Source: an uncultured Clostridia bacterium (GTDB lineage Bacteria > Bacillota > Clostridia > Christensenellales > UBA1242). Taken from it: DNA of 64,000 nt. Both the position numbers and the translations under genes were made by a program. Shown one piece after another: positions 27,553-38,200 of the stretch (positions are counted from its first letter, which is position 1; each line of letters begins with the position of its first letter). The stretch spans positions 66,550 through 130,549 of the forward strand of contig CALVNR010000001.1 in the NCBI GenBank assembly GCA_944349905.1, given 5' to 3'. Under the pieces are notes generated by a model that made no database searches, was not told the DNA's origin, and saw nothing but the letters and a program-made list of their open reading frames with translations.

Positions 27553-29628
27553 TTGGTAGTGAAAAAGTTGTTAAATTTTCGTTATCCTTTTTATACATTT
27601 TTGGCTTTTCTTTTTGGTTGCACGATAGCCAGAAGTCTTTATGCTGGGGTTGTTGAAAGTATTGTGATTGCAAGTGCTTGTTTTTTGTTTGTGATTGTTT
27701 GCAGTATTTGTTACAAAAAGGTTTTGCCATTATGTTTGATAGTTGTATTTTTCTTCTTTGGCAATGGTTGGTTTTTTCTTGGGGAAAGTTCTTTTCTTGC
27801 AAAGGAATATAGTGGCGAAAATGTGGTTGTTGGCAGAGTTTGTGATTCAAGTTTTATGCAAACTTCTTCTTATTCAAGTTTGATTTTAGAAAATGTTTCT
27901 ATTAATGGAGAAAATGCAAGCAATGTTAGAGTTTTCATCTATGGTGATGCAAGTAATATTTCAGTCGGCGATACAGTTTCTTTTGCAGGCGAGGTGGAAC
28001 GGGAAGAGAGTTACACTTTGGGTGTTTTCAATTTAAGTTGTTATCGTAATGGTGTGCGTTACTCTGCTAGTGCAAACATAGGTAGTGTTACTATAATTGA
28101 AGGGGATATGAAAATTGATGAAGCATTTAGGCACAGTGTAAAAACTTCTCTTCTTTCTTCAATGAGTGAAGAAAATGCATATCTTGCTTATGCTGTTTTG
28201 TTTGGCGACAAAACAATGGTTGATGACAATACTTATTCAATTTATCAAAGCAGTGGCATATTGCATTTATTGACAGTAAGTGGTTTGCATGTATCTTTTC
28301 TTGCCGTCGCAATTTTCTTTTGTTTGAAACTTTTTAAAGCAAACAAGTATGTTAATTTTGTTGTAGTTAGCATGATTTTGCTGTTTTATTGTTATCTTTG
28401 TTCATTTTCGCCGTCTGTTGTAAGAGCAACAATTATGACTATCATTTTTGCTTTGACTTCAATTATAAGAAGACCTTATGACAGTTTAAATTCTCTTGCT
28501 ATTGCTGGCTTTGTTATTGTTTTGTTTAGTCCACTTTCTGCTGTTGATACTGGTTTTTTAATGTCATTTTGTTCTGTTTTGTGTGTTTTGCTTTTTGCAA
28601 AACCTTTAACAAAGTTTTTGGCAAAAGTATTGCCATGGTCAGTTGCAAGTGTTATAGCTGTTTCAATTTCTGCTCAAATTGGAATACTACCTTTTATTTC
28701 TTCATTTTTCTCAACTTTCAATTTTCTTTCAGTTTTTGCAAACCTTTTGATTATTCCTTTCTTTTCACTTGTTTTTCCTGTTTTGTTTATTTTTGCTTTT
28801 CTTTCTTCATTTATGCCGTTTTTAAGTGGAATATTTGTTTTATTTAATTTCTGTTTTAATCTTATCAATTCTGTCGCATCATTTTTTGCTTCATCTTCTT
28901 TGCAAGTTCCGTTAAAACCTTTCTCTTTGTCTATAAGTATGTTTATTTTGCTCTTTATATTTTCTCTGTCTTCTTTTGTTGTTGTAAAACCATTAGTTCG
29001 TTTGTTTATTTCAAGTATTATCTGTTTTGCTTTGACTTTGAGTGTTATTCTTCCTAATATTTTGTTTACAAACATTTCATCAATTGCTTTTGTTGAGAGT
29101 TACAATGGACAGTCTGTTGCATTATCTTCTAAAAACGGAGATTGTCTGTATTTTGGAGATGATTATTATTATAAGCGTCTTGCAAGTTTAAATCAAAATT
29201 TTGAAGTAGACTATTATTTAGCAGAAAATATTTCTTCTACGCAAAAGGATACTTGGTATGATTTGGGGGCTCGTTTCTTTTTGACAAATTCTGAAAATGA
29301 AGATGACAATGAAATTGTTTTAAGTTCGTTGCCAAAGCAGGTTGGAAGTTTTTTAATTTCTTTTGATAATAATTGTTTTACTATTGAATTTGATGAAAAA
29401 ATTGTTTTAATTGCAGGAGAAAATGTTTCACAAGAAGATATAATTAATTTGTTAAATAAACAAAATTATGATATTATCTATTTAGGTGATTTTGTTTTGC
29501 AAGAAAGCTTATTTGAAAAAACTATTGTTGTAAGCAATAATCTTCAAGAATTTTCTATTTACAATCTTTCATCAAATGGAAATTTTTTTATTGAATTATC
29601 AAATTCTACTTTTAGGAGGCTAGATTGA
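27553..29628 (+). CDS. comEC: DNA internalisation competence protein ComEC/Rec2
   Basis: Competence-domain motif SGILHLLTVSGLHVSFL. N-terminal OB-like region and many TM segments. Followed by holA, as in Bacillus. Start codon uncertain (TTG 27553 or GTG 27559). Confidence 0.85.
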   Translation: MVVKKLLNFRYPFYTFLAFLFGCTIARSLYAGVVESIVIASACFLFVIVCSICYKKVLPLCLIVVFFFFGNGWFFLGESSFLAKEYSGENVVVGRVCDSSFMQTSSYSSLILENVSINGENASNVRVFIYGDASNISVGDTVSFAGEVEREESYTLGVFNLSCYRNGVRYSASANIGSVTIIEGDMKIDEAFRHSVKTSLLSSMSEENAYLAYAVLFGDKTMVDDNTYSIYQSSGILHLLTVSGLHVSFLAVAIFFCLKLFKANKYVNFVVVSMILLFYCYLCSFSPSVVRATIMTIIFALTSIIRRPYDSLNSLAIAGFVIVLFSPLSAVDTGFLMSFCSVLCVLLFAKPLTKFLAKVLPWSVASVIAVSISAQIGILPFISSFFSTFNFLSVFANLLIIPFFSLVFPVLFIFAFLSSFMPFLSGIFVLFNFCFNLINSVASFFASSSLQVPLKPFSLSISMFILLFIFSLSSFVVVKPLVRLFISSIICFALTLSVILPNILFTNISSIAFVESYNGQSVALSSKNGDCLYFGDDYYYKRLASLNQNFEVDYYLAENISSTQKDTWYDLGARFFLTNSENEDDNEIVLSSLPKQVGSFLISFDNNCFTIEFDEKIVLIAGENVSQEDIINLLNKQNYDIIYLGDFVLQESLFEKTIVVSNNLQEFSIYNLSSNGNFFIELSNSTFRRLD

Positions 29629-30569
29629 AAACTTTAAAAAACAGACTTAATAAGCAAATTGAAAATGCTTATCTTCTTCAAGGAGATGATTTGTTTTTGT
29701 TTGACAAGGCTTTTGCAATGATTAAAAAAGCGTGCAATTTGACTATGGAAGATTTCAATTTTGTTTCTTTTGATGATGATAACTTTTCAGTAGAAAAATT
29801 TTTGGACTCCACTCAAGTTTTACCTTTGGTTGATAATTACCGACTTATATTAATAAAAAATGTTACAAAAATTTTGACAGCTGATTTAAAAAAAATCGTT
29901 CCATATTTGCAAAATCCTGTTGATTCTACTATTGTCGTTATTTATGATTTTGAAAACAAGTTTTCGCTTTTAAAAGATTATTGCCAATTTGTTGATTGCA
30001 AAAGATTTGACCAAAATATGGCACTTGCTGTTATCGTTAAAGAATTAGCAAAATATGGCAAACAAATAAGTCAAGATGCGGGGCTCACTTTGCTTGATTG
30101 TTGCAATGGCTATTTGACAAAAGCTATGAAAGAAATTGACAAACTTGTTTATTATGATTTAAGCAATAACATGATTACAAAAAATATAGTTGAAGATTGT
30201 GTAGTTAAAGAAAACGATTTTGTTGTTTTTGAACTTACAGAAGCTCTTGGCAAAAAAAATGTAGATAAAGCAATTTTTTTGGCAAATTATTTGGGAAAAG
30301 AGCAGGGCATTTTATCTCTTGTTTCAAATCATTTTAGGCGAATGTTTTTTGTTTCTATTTCCGATAAAACGGACAGCGAAATTGCAGGGCAATTAAATAT
30401 AAAAGAATTTGCTGTAAAAAAAATTAAGGAGCAGTCAAAAAATTTTTCAAAAATACAGCTAAAAAAAATATTTGCTTTGCTTGATGAAATTGACTACAAA
30501 ATAAAATCTGGGCAAATGCTTAGCGATAATGCTTTTATGTTTTTGATTATGAAAATTTTGTATATTTAA
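29625..30569 (+). CDS. holA: DNA polymerase III delta subunit
   Basis: AGGAGG RBS plus TTG start overlapping the comEC stop. YLLQGDD start motif. 314 aa. Conserved comEC-holA synteny. Confidence 0.8.
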   Translation: MKTLKNRLNKQIENAYLLQGDDLFLFDKAFAMIKKACNLTMEDFNFVSFDDDNFSVEKFLDSTQVLPLVDNYRLILIKNVTKILTADLKKIVPYLQNPVDSTIVVIYDFENKFSLLKDYCQFVDCKRFDQNMALAVIVKELAKYGKQISQDAGLTLLDCCNGYLTKAMKEIDKLVYYDLSNNMITKNIVEDCVVKENDFVVFELTEALGKKNVDKAIFLANYLGKEQGILSLVSNHFRRMFFVSISDKTDSEIAGQLNIKEFAVKKIKEQSKNFSKIQLKKIFALLDEIDYKIKSGQMLSDNAFMFLIMKILYI

Positions 30570-30600
30570 AAAATATGGGAAAACAATCCCATATTTTATT
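30568..30600. terminator. bidirectional hairpin between convergent genes
   Basis: AATATGGGA/TCCCATATT stem. Confidence 0.6.
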
Positions 30601-31063
30601 TTTCATTTTCTTCGCTTGAAATGTTTGATGAATCATTATAATCTAAATCAAAATATTTATTAACCATATTTTCTATTTCTTTATTTTCTAATTTGTAATT
30701 GTTTTTTAATATTTTTTCAAAATTAAGATAAGATGTTTTGTTGACAACCATCTTATGTTGTTCATAGTTGCAATTTGATATATTTTCAGCAAAAAGCATA
30801 TTATATTCTATATTTTTTGAATTTAAAACAATATTTTCTAGGTAATTAAGAGTTTTATATTTTAATATGTCTTGAAATACTTTGGCAAGATAATAAGCTA
30901 ATCTATAATCTTTTTCATTTTTTTCGGCTAGTAGATATACATCTTTATTGATTATTTCTTTTATTTGAAGGAAATGTTCTTCTGGTATTTCTTTTATTTT
31001 ATTTTCTATTTTTTCTGCTAATTGACGATATTTTCTTAACATTTTAATTCCTTTTTTTAACAT
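30596..31063 (-). CDS. hypothetical protein
   Basis: 155-aa ORF. The better RBS (AAGGA) precedes the second ATG at 31042. Asn/Lys/Glu-rich, no motif recognised. Confidence 0.45.
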   Translation of the reverse strand: MLKKGIKMLRKYRQLAEKIENKIKEIPEEHFLQIKEIINKDVYLLAEKNEKDYRLAYYLAKVFQDILKYKTLNYLENIVLNSKNIEYNMLFAENISNCNYEQHKMVVNKTSYLNFEKILKNNYKLENKEIENMVNKYFDLDYNDSSNISSEENEK

Positions 31064-31193
31064 TTACATTTTATATATTAATTTTTATTTGTCAATAGTT
31101 AATTTTTATATTTTTAAATTATTTAATATTTTTTTTGTTTTTTTTGCTTGAAAATATTATTTATTTATGTTAACCTTATTTCAAAGGAAGATT

Positions 31194-32507
31194 ATGGTAA
31201 AACCTATTGTTGCTATTGTAGGGCGTCCAAATGTTGGGAAAAGCACATTTTTTAACAAAATTTGTGGCAAGAGAATAAGCATTGTTGATGACACCCCTGG
31301 TGTTACAAGAGATAGAATTTATGCTGATGCTGAATGGTGTGGGCATAATTTTATGCTTGTTGATACTGGTGGACTTGACCCTAAAAGTGAAGATATATTT
31401 CAATCAGATATTAAAAAACAAGCACAAATTGCTATTGATGAAGCAAATGTAATAATATTTTTAGTTGATGGTAAAACGGGAGTCACATCAAACGATGAAG
31501 ATGTAGCTTCAATTTTAAAACGCTCAAAAACACCAGTTGTTCTTGTTGTTAACAAACTTGATAATTTTGAAGTTGAAAATACTTATGAATTTTACAGTTT
31601 GGGGTTGGGAGACCCTTTGCCTTTATCTGTTGAGCAAAGCAAAGGTATTGGAGATGTTCTTGATAAAGTCGTGTCTTATTTTCCTGAAAAAGCTGAAAAA
31701 ACCGATGACAAAGTAACTAAAATTGCTATTGTAGGTCGTCCAAATGTTGGCAAAAGTAGTTTGGTCAATAGGCTTATTGGAAATGAAAGGGTTGTAGTAA
31801 GCAATGTTGAAGGTACAACAAGAGATAGTGTTTATGTGCCTTTTAGATACAACAAAAAAGACTATGCTTTTGTTGATACTGCTGGATTAAGAAGACAAAG
31901 GGCTGTTGAAAAAGTATCTATTGAAGGATACTCTGCTATTAGAACATTAAATGCAATTGAACAAGCAGATGTTGTACTAATTGTATTTGATGGAAGCGAA
32001 GAAAAATTGTCAGAACAAGATTTTAAAATTGCTGGACTTGTACATGAGGCAGGAAAACCTAGTGTTATTGTTGTTAACAAATGGGATATAAAAAACAGCG
32101 ATAAAAACAATTTTGAAAAAATGCTGGAAAGAGATTTGTCTTTCATGGTCTATTATAAATCTATTTATGTATCAGCATTAACAGGTTCAAGTACTGGTCA
32201 AATAATGCAACTAGCACAAGAAAGCTATGAAAATTCTAGCAAGCGAATTACGACGGGGCTGTTAAATGAAATTTTGCATGATGCAATTTTGAATTATCAA
32301 CCACCAGCACACAAAGGGAAAAGGTGTAAAATTCAATATATAACTCAGCCTTCAACAAATCCACCTACATTTGTAATTTTTGTTAATGATGCAAAACTTG
32401 TGAATTTTTCTTATAGAAGATATATAGAGAACAAACTTAGAGAGAAGATTGATTTTTCAGGTACGCCTATAAAAATTATTGTTCGTGGAAAGGAGGAAAA
32501 AGATTAA
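31194..32507 (+). CDS. der: ribosome-associated GTPase Der/EngA
   Basis: Two tandem G domains, each with GRPNVGKS and DTAG/DTGG motifs. C-terminal KH-like domain. Confidence 0.95.
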   Translation: MVKPIVAIVGRPNVGKSTFFNKICGKRISIVDDTPGVTRDRIYADAEWCGHNFMLVDTGGLDPKSEDIFQSDIKKQAQIAIDEANVIIFLVDGKTGVTSNDEDVASILKRSKTPVVLVVNKLDNFEVENTYEFYSLGLGDPLPLSVEQSKGIGDVLDKVVSYFPEKAEKTDDKVTKIAIVGRPNVGKSSLVNRLIGNERVVVSNVEGTTRDSVYVPFRYNKKDYAFVDTAGLRRQRAVEKVSIEGYSAIRTLNAIEQADVVLIVFDGSEEKLSEQDFKIAGLVHEAGKPSVIVVNKWDIKNSDKNNFEKMLERDLSFMVYYKSIYVSALTGSSTGQIMQLAQESYENSSKRITTGLLNEILHDAILNYQPPAHKGKRCKIQYITQPSTNPPTFVIFVNDAKLVNFSYRRYIENKLREKIDFSGTPIKIIVRGKEEKD

Positions 32508-33256
32508 TGATAAATGTTTTATATTTTATTTTAGTTGCTTTTATTTCCTATTTCGTTGGTACAATAAATTTTTCAAAAGTTTTTGCATGGAATGTTAAAC
32601 AAAAAGATATTACCAAAATTGGCAGTGGTAATCCTGGAACAATGAACATGCTTCGTTCCTTTGGATTTTCTCTTGCAATTTTCACATTTATTGCAGAAGT
32701 TGCAAAGGCAGGTTTAACTTGTCTAGTTTGCAAACTTTTGTTGCCAGAATTTGGTGAATTAATTTATTATTTTGCTGGAGCCTTTGTAATGCTTGGCTAT
32801 AATTTCCCGATTTGGTCTAACTTTAAAGGTGGAAAAGGTGTTGCTTGTTTTGCAGGTATATTTATTTTCTCCCCAATTTGGTATGTAGCTCTTATTTGGT
32901 TTGTTGTGTGCTTTATTCTTTTTATATATATTGAATATGGTTCAGTTATTTCATTTATTTATCTTGGAGCTCTTGCTATTGCAACAACTTTGTATGTTTG
33001 GCTTTTGCCAGTAGAATATGCTTGGATAATTACTTTAATTGTTTGGCTTTTGATTGCACTTGTTTTAGTTCGCCATAAAGGAAACATCAAGCGATTAATC
33101 AATCACACTGAAAATAAAATTAATTTCAAGCAAAAACTTTCGCAGGTATTTAAAAAGAAAAAAGGTGAAGAAATTATTAGTGAAGAATATGTTGAACATA
33201 AACCTGAAAAGGAAATAGTGATTGAAGAAGATGAGCAAAACAAAGACCAAAATTAA
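32507..33256 (+). CDS. plsY: glycerol-3-phosphate acyltransferase PlsY with a charged C-terminal tail
   Basis: GSGNPGTMN motif, FKGGKGVA motif, five or more TM segments. About 45 extra Lys/Glu-rich residues at the C-terminus. Confidence 0.85.
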   Translation: MINVLYFILVAFISYFVGTINFSKVFAWNVKQKDITKIGSGNPGTMNMLRSFGFSLAIFTFIAEVAKAGLTCLVCKLLLPEFGELIYYFAGAFVMLGYNFPIWSNFKGGKGVACFAGIFIFSPIWYVALIWFVVCFILFIYIEYGSVISFIYLGALAIATTLYVWLLPVEYAWIITLIVWLLIALVLVRHKGNIKRLINHTENKINFKQKLSQVFKKKKGEEIISEEYVEHKPEKEIVIEEDEQNKDQN

Positions 33257-33283
33257 AGAAAATAAAAAGTAGGGGTAAAAACA

Positions 33284-33562
33284 ATGGTAGAAAAAACTCA
33301 TTTGCAAAAAAAAATGGATTTAGCTTTGGAAATAAAACAACATTGTGCAAAATTTGATGGGCAAAGTTTGCAGTCTTATTTTGATGGTTTAACAGATGAA
33401 TTGATTGCAAAAGAGGATTTAGATTTAATTGTTTTTGCTGTGATGAAATGTGATAAATTTATTCCAAAGAAAAATTTGTGCATTCTATCAAATTATGTTT
33501 TAAAGAACAAGGAATTTGATAAAATGGTAAATAATAAAAGTGATGAAAATTATGAAAAATAA
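33284..33562 (+). CDS. hypothetical protein (92 aa)
   Basis: ORF followed by a terminator. No motif recognised. Confidence 0.4.
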   Translation: MVEKTHLQKKMDLALEIKQHCAKFDGQSLQSYFDGLTDELIAKEDLDLIVFAVMKCDKFIPKKNLCILSNYVLKNKEFDKMVNNKSDENYEK

Positions 33563-33600
33563 AAGCAAGCGTTTTTTAAACTTGCTTTTATTTATTTTTT
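33561..33600 (+). terminator. intrinsic terminator
   Basis: AAAGCAAG/CTTGCTTT hairpin plus a T-rich tail. Confidence 0.6.
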
Positions 33601-33663
33601 GTTGATTTTTGTTATAAATAATTGCTATCTCTCATATTATACACTGTATCATTGGAGGTATAT

Positions 33664-35139
33664 ATGGAAAAATATGAAATATATGATGATATTAAGACTA
33701 GAACCAATGGTGATATTTATATTGGAGTTGTAGGACCTGTTAGGGTTGGGAAATCTACTTTTATCACTCAATTTATGCAAAAATTGGTTATACCTAATAT
33801 CAGTGAAAAAAATTCAAAAGATAGAACAATTGATGAACTTCCACAAAGTGCTGATGGAAAAACAATCATGACAACACAACCACATTTTGTTCCAAATAAA
33901 GCAGTTAAAATCAAAGTTGCAAATGCAGAAATGTCGGTAAGAATGATAGATTGTGTTGGCTATTTGATTTCAGACGCAATGGGACATGAAGAAGGGCAAA
34001 AACCAAGACTTGTAAAAACACCTTGGTCAGACGGCGAATTACCATTTGAGGAAGCTGCAACTCTTGGGACAGACAAAGTTATAAATGAACATTCTACTAT
34101 TGGCATAATGGTTACAACTGACGGTTCTGTAACTGATATTGCTAGGTCTAATTATATTGAAGCAGAAGAAAAGGTTGTAAATGAACTTAAAAAATCAGGT
34201 AAACCTTTTGTTATTGTTTTAAACAGCAAAAATCCACAAGCAAGCGAAACAAAAAAATTGACAACCTCTTTGCAAGAAAAATATGACGTGCCTGTTATCA
34301 GTATAAACGCTTTGGAACTTAAAGAAAATGATATAGATAAAATATTTGAAAACTTGCTTATGGAATTTCCTGTTAAATCTATAAGAATAAATATGCCTGA
34401 CTGGCTTAGGGCTTTGGATTTTGATAATGATATAATAAAAGAGATATCAAAAGAAATGAAAGATTTAGGAAATAAAATCAATCGTTTGAGTGATGCAGAT
34501 AAAAATCAAATTGCCTTTGCTGAGAGTGATTGTTTTGACCCTATCACATATTCAAATATTGAAGCTGGTCAAGGTATAATTAAATTTAATGCGGTGCCAA
34601 AAGAAGGATTATTCTATAAAGTATTATCAAATGAATGTGGAATTGAGATTCAAAGTGATTTTGAACTTGTTAGCAATATTAAACAACTTGCACAAGCAAA
34701 ATTACAATATGATAAATTAAAAGATGCTCTTGACCAAGTAGAGCAAACAGGTTATGGGGTTGTAGAACCAACAGCGTCTGATTTTGAACTTAGAGAGCCT
34801 GAAATAATAAAACAAGGTTCAAGATATGGAGTAAAAATAAAAGCAAATGCACCAAGTTTGCATATAATGAGAGTTGATGTTGAAACAGAAGTAACACCAC
34901 TTGTGGGCAGTGAAGACCAATCACAAGACCTTGCTAAAAATTTGGTTGAACAATTTGAAAATAATCCAGAATCTATTTGGCAAACAAATATTCTTGGTAG
35001 AAGTCTAAGTGAACTTGTTGAAGATAATATAAATTCAAAATTGTTAATGATGCCTGTTGAAGCACAAAGAAAAATGAGAAAAACTTTGGGTAGAATAGTC
35101 AACGAAGGAAAAGGTGGAGTTATTTGTATTTTATTATAA
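33664..35139 (+). CDS. spoIVA: stage IV sporulation protein A
   Basis: GGAGG RBS. N-terminus MEKYEIYDDIKTRTNGDIYIGVVGPVRVGKSTFI matches the SpoIVA Walker A region. 492 aa. Conserved C-terminal GGVICILL-type end. Confidence 0.92.
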   Translation: MEKYEIYDDIKTRTNGDIYIGVVGPVRVGKSTFITQFMQKLVIPNISEKNSKDRTIDELPQSADGKTIMTTQPHFVPNKAVKIKVANAEMSVRMIDCVGYLISDAMGHEEGQKPRLVKTPWSDGELPFEEAATLGTDKVINEHSTIGIMVTTDGSVTDIARSNYIEAEEKVVNELKKSGKPFVIVLNSKNPQASETKKLTTSLQEKYDVPVISINALELKENDIDKIFENLLMEFPVKSIRINMPDWLRALDFDNDIIKEISKEMKDLGNKINRLSDADKNQIAFAESDCFDPITYSNIEAGQGIIKFNAVPKEGLFYKVLSNECGIEIQSDFELVSNIKQLAQAKLQYDKLKDALDQVEQTGYGVVEPTASDFELREPEIIKQGSRYGVKIKANAPSLHIMRVDVETEVTPLVGSEDQSQDLAKNLVEQFENNPESIWQTNILGRSLSELVEDNINSKLLMMPVEAQRKMRKTLGRIVNEGKGGVICILL

Positions 35140-35143
35140 AAAT

Positions 35144-35172
35144 AAAAGTGCTTAATTTTAAGCACTTTTTTT
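35144..35172 (+). terminator. intrinsic terminator after spoIVA
   Basis: AAAAGTGCTTA/TAAGCACTTTT hairpin plus T-run. Confidence 0.8.
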
Positions 35173-35235
35173 ATGCAACAAATTTTATTTTTAAAAATAT
35201 TTTTTGACATTTTTAGACAATTTTATTTGATTTGT

Positions 35236-35265
35236 TTGACTACATTTTTTTATTTGTTTTATAAT
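35236..35265 (+). promoter_or_regulatory. sigma-A type promoter
   Basis: TTGACT, 18 nt, TATAAT. Confidence 0.45.
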
Positions 35266-35297
35266 AAAAATGAATTTAATTTGTAGGGGGAAGGGGT

Positions 35298-38200
35298 ATG
35301 GAAAAAAAGACTAAAAATAAATTGCTTTCAATTCTTTTAGTTTTGGTTTTGATTTTGACAGCAGGACTCGTTTTGGTTTTTGTTTTTATCAATCAAAATT
35401 CAAAAAATAAAGTTAAAGCAAGCGGAGAATTTACTTTTAATGTAGAAAGTGGAGTAAACGCAAAAGTAAAAGGGAGTGTAAGTGGGGCAGAAAGTATAAA
35501 TACTCTTAATGAGTTAAACTTTTCAGACACAACATCTCCAACAGAAACAGATTTAAATTCTTGGAAACAAGAGTTTGTTTTTACTGAAAAGCAAGAAGAT
35601 ATTGTAGTAAAGTTTGATATAACAAACTTACATACAGAAAATTCAATGATTGTAAAAGTGGTAGACAATGCAGAAAATGTTGAAGGATTAAACAAAACAA
35701 TTTTGCAAAATGATTTGATATATCAAAGTGGCAGTGAATATAATTTAAAATCTGGTGCGAGTTTAAATTATACTATAACTTTCTCTTTGTCTGATAATTA
35801 TGATGGAAATATTGAAAATTTCAATTACAATTATACAATTATTATGGAAAATGTTGTAGATGAAGAACCTGAACCTGAACCTGAACCTGAGCCAGAACCT
35901 AAGCCAGAGCCAGAACCTGAGCCAGAGCCAGAACCTGAACCTACAAATCCTGTTGAAACAAATGATGAAGAAAAAGGGTCAATAGAATACGAAGTTACAG
36001 AAGATGAAATTGAAATTGTAGCTCAACCAAAAGAAAATAATATTTTAATCGGTTATAAAAACAATGATACGGGTAAATTTGAAAGAGTGAATGCTTTGGA
36101 TGGAGATACAATATATGTTCTTACAAATTTGCTATCTCGATATTTAACAAATTTTGATTTTATTTGCAATTTCTTTGTAGACAATACATTAATAGAGCTT
36201 CCAAGCGTTGAACAGCTTGATGAAATGATAGCACAAATTGAAATGGGTTATCAAATAGGTGAGATTACAGAATTTGACTATAACATTTATGTCAAAGGTT
36301 TAAATAACATAAAAAATTACACACAAGGCAAAATTTATCATAACTTTAATTATTCTGAAAACAATTCATATACTGCTGTTTTTGCAGATAAAAATAATAC
36401 AAAAATGATTGAAGATGAAAATTTTGTATACAAAGTTTATAATGATGCAAATGTTGCAGTTGTAACAGAATTAAAAAACAATCAAAAAACAGAAGTCGCA
36501 ATTCCAGAAGAAGTTGAAGGAAACATGGTTGTTGGAATTGAAATTGAAGTCGGAAAAACAGGACCTGTTTGGAACAATAACCCAATTTTACAAAAATTGA
36601 CTTTGCCAAACACCTTCTTAACAATTGGTTATAGTTGGTTTGTAAACAATAGTTCTTTGACAGAAATTGTTTTGCCAGCAAGTTTAAAGGAAATAACTTT
36701 TAGTTCTTTTTCTGCGTGTTCTTCTTTAAAAAAGGTAACCTTTGAAGAAGGTAGTCAGTTAAAAGAAATTGGTATGGGCTGTTTTATAAATTGTACTTCA
36801 CTTGAAAGTGTGCAATTACCAAACACAGTAGAAAAAATAGGTATGAGTGCTTTTGCTATGACAAATTTATCTGCTTTGCCTTATACCATGGACTCTAATA
36901 TTAAGTATATAGGAGAATATGCTTTTCAGTATTGCTATAATATTAGAACCTTATACTTACCTAATAATGTTGAAACAGTTGGCAAATATGCTTTTGATAG
37001 TTGTTGTAATAGCAAAGGGACTTCATCTGCAAGTGGGGAATTAATATTACAAGAAGAATTAACTTTAAAAGAATTGCCAGAATATATTTTTCAAAATTGC
37101 AATATGTTAGAAGAAATAGTTATACCAAATGGTATTGAAAAAATAGGTAATGGGACTTTCTATGACTGCAATCCAAAGAAAATTGTTATTTCTGAAACTG
37201 TCAAAGAAATCGGCGAAAATGCTTTCTATTTTTCACAAATGTCTTATGGTAAGGGTGAAGAAATTATATTTGAAGAAAATTCCCACCTTGAAACCATTGG
37301 TAAAAATGCTTTTTATGCATTTGGAAAAGTTGAAAGTCTAACTATTCCATCTTCGGTAAAAACAATAGGAGATAATGCTTTTGATACTGTTAATATTACC
37401 AAATTGATATTTGAAGATAATTGTCAAATAGAGTCTATTGGTTCTAGGGCATTTTCTAGTATTTATGAATATGAAAATACAAAATCATGTACATTGCCAG
37501 AAACAATAAATTATTTAGGGGCTGATGCATTTTGGTTCAATAAAACACAAACTATTACTTTCACAAATCCTGAACCTGCACAGATCTCTACATCAATATT
37601 TTTGAATAATGTTTCAAAAATTTATGTTCCTACCGAAAGCGTTGAAGCTTACAAAACAGCAGATGTTTGGTCTACTTATGCTGATAAAATTTTTGGGGTA
37701 GATAAAAAAGTAGAAGATGAAAATCTTTTGTATCATGTAAAAGATGATGGTACACTTGAAATAATTGCAAATAAAACATTAAGTGGTTTAAGGCTTGTTA
37801 TTCCTGAAAGTGTTGAAGGTAAGACTGTAACAAGTATTGCTAGTAAAGCGCTATCTAATTTAAATGTTCAACATTTGGTAATACCAAAGACTATTAAAGA
37901 GATAGGCAAATGTGGTATTGGTGGGGAATTTAGAAAAGATAATACATCTAGTTTGATTTCTATTTGGATTGATGAAAATTCACAACTTGAAAATGTTGGA
38001 GAATATGCATTTGGATATAATCAAAATCTTGTTAGCATTAATCTAGAAAACGCAAATCAACTTCAATATATTGGAAAATATGCATTCTATTATTGCACAT
38101 CGCTTCAAAGTATGACTTTACCATCGTCTCTTTTGACTGTGGCAGAAGGTATGTTATCAAATTGTAGTTCTATTAAAGAAATTAATATTGACGCAAATGC

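Noticed and set aside
28569-29075. ORFs of 92 aa (+) and 133 aa (-) inside comEC
   Set aside because: These are an out-of-frame overlap and an antisense overlap with the well-supported comEC membrane domain.
35865-35942. Short regular repeat array that could be mistaken for a CRISPR or VNTR locus
   Set aside because: The units are 6 nt with no spacers, and they lie in frame inside a long ORF, encoding a Glu-Pro linker.
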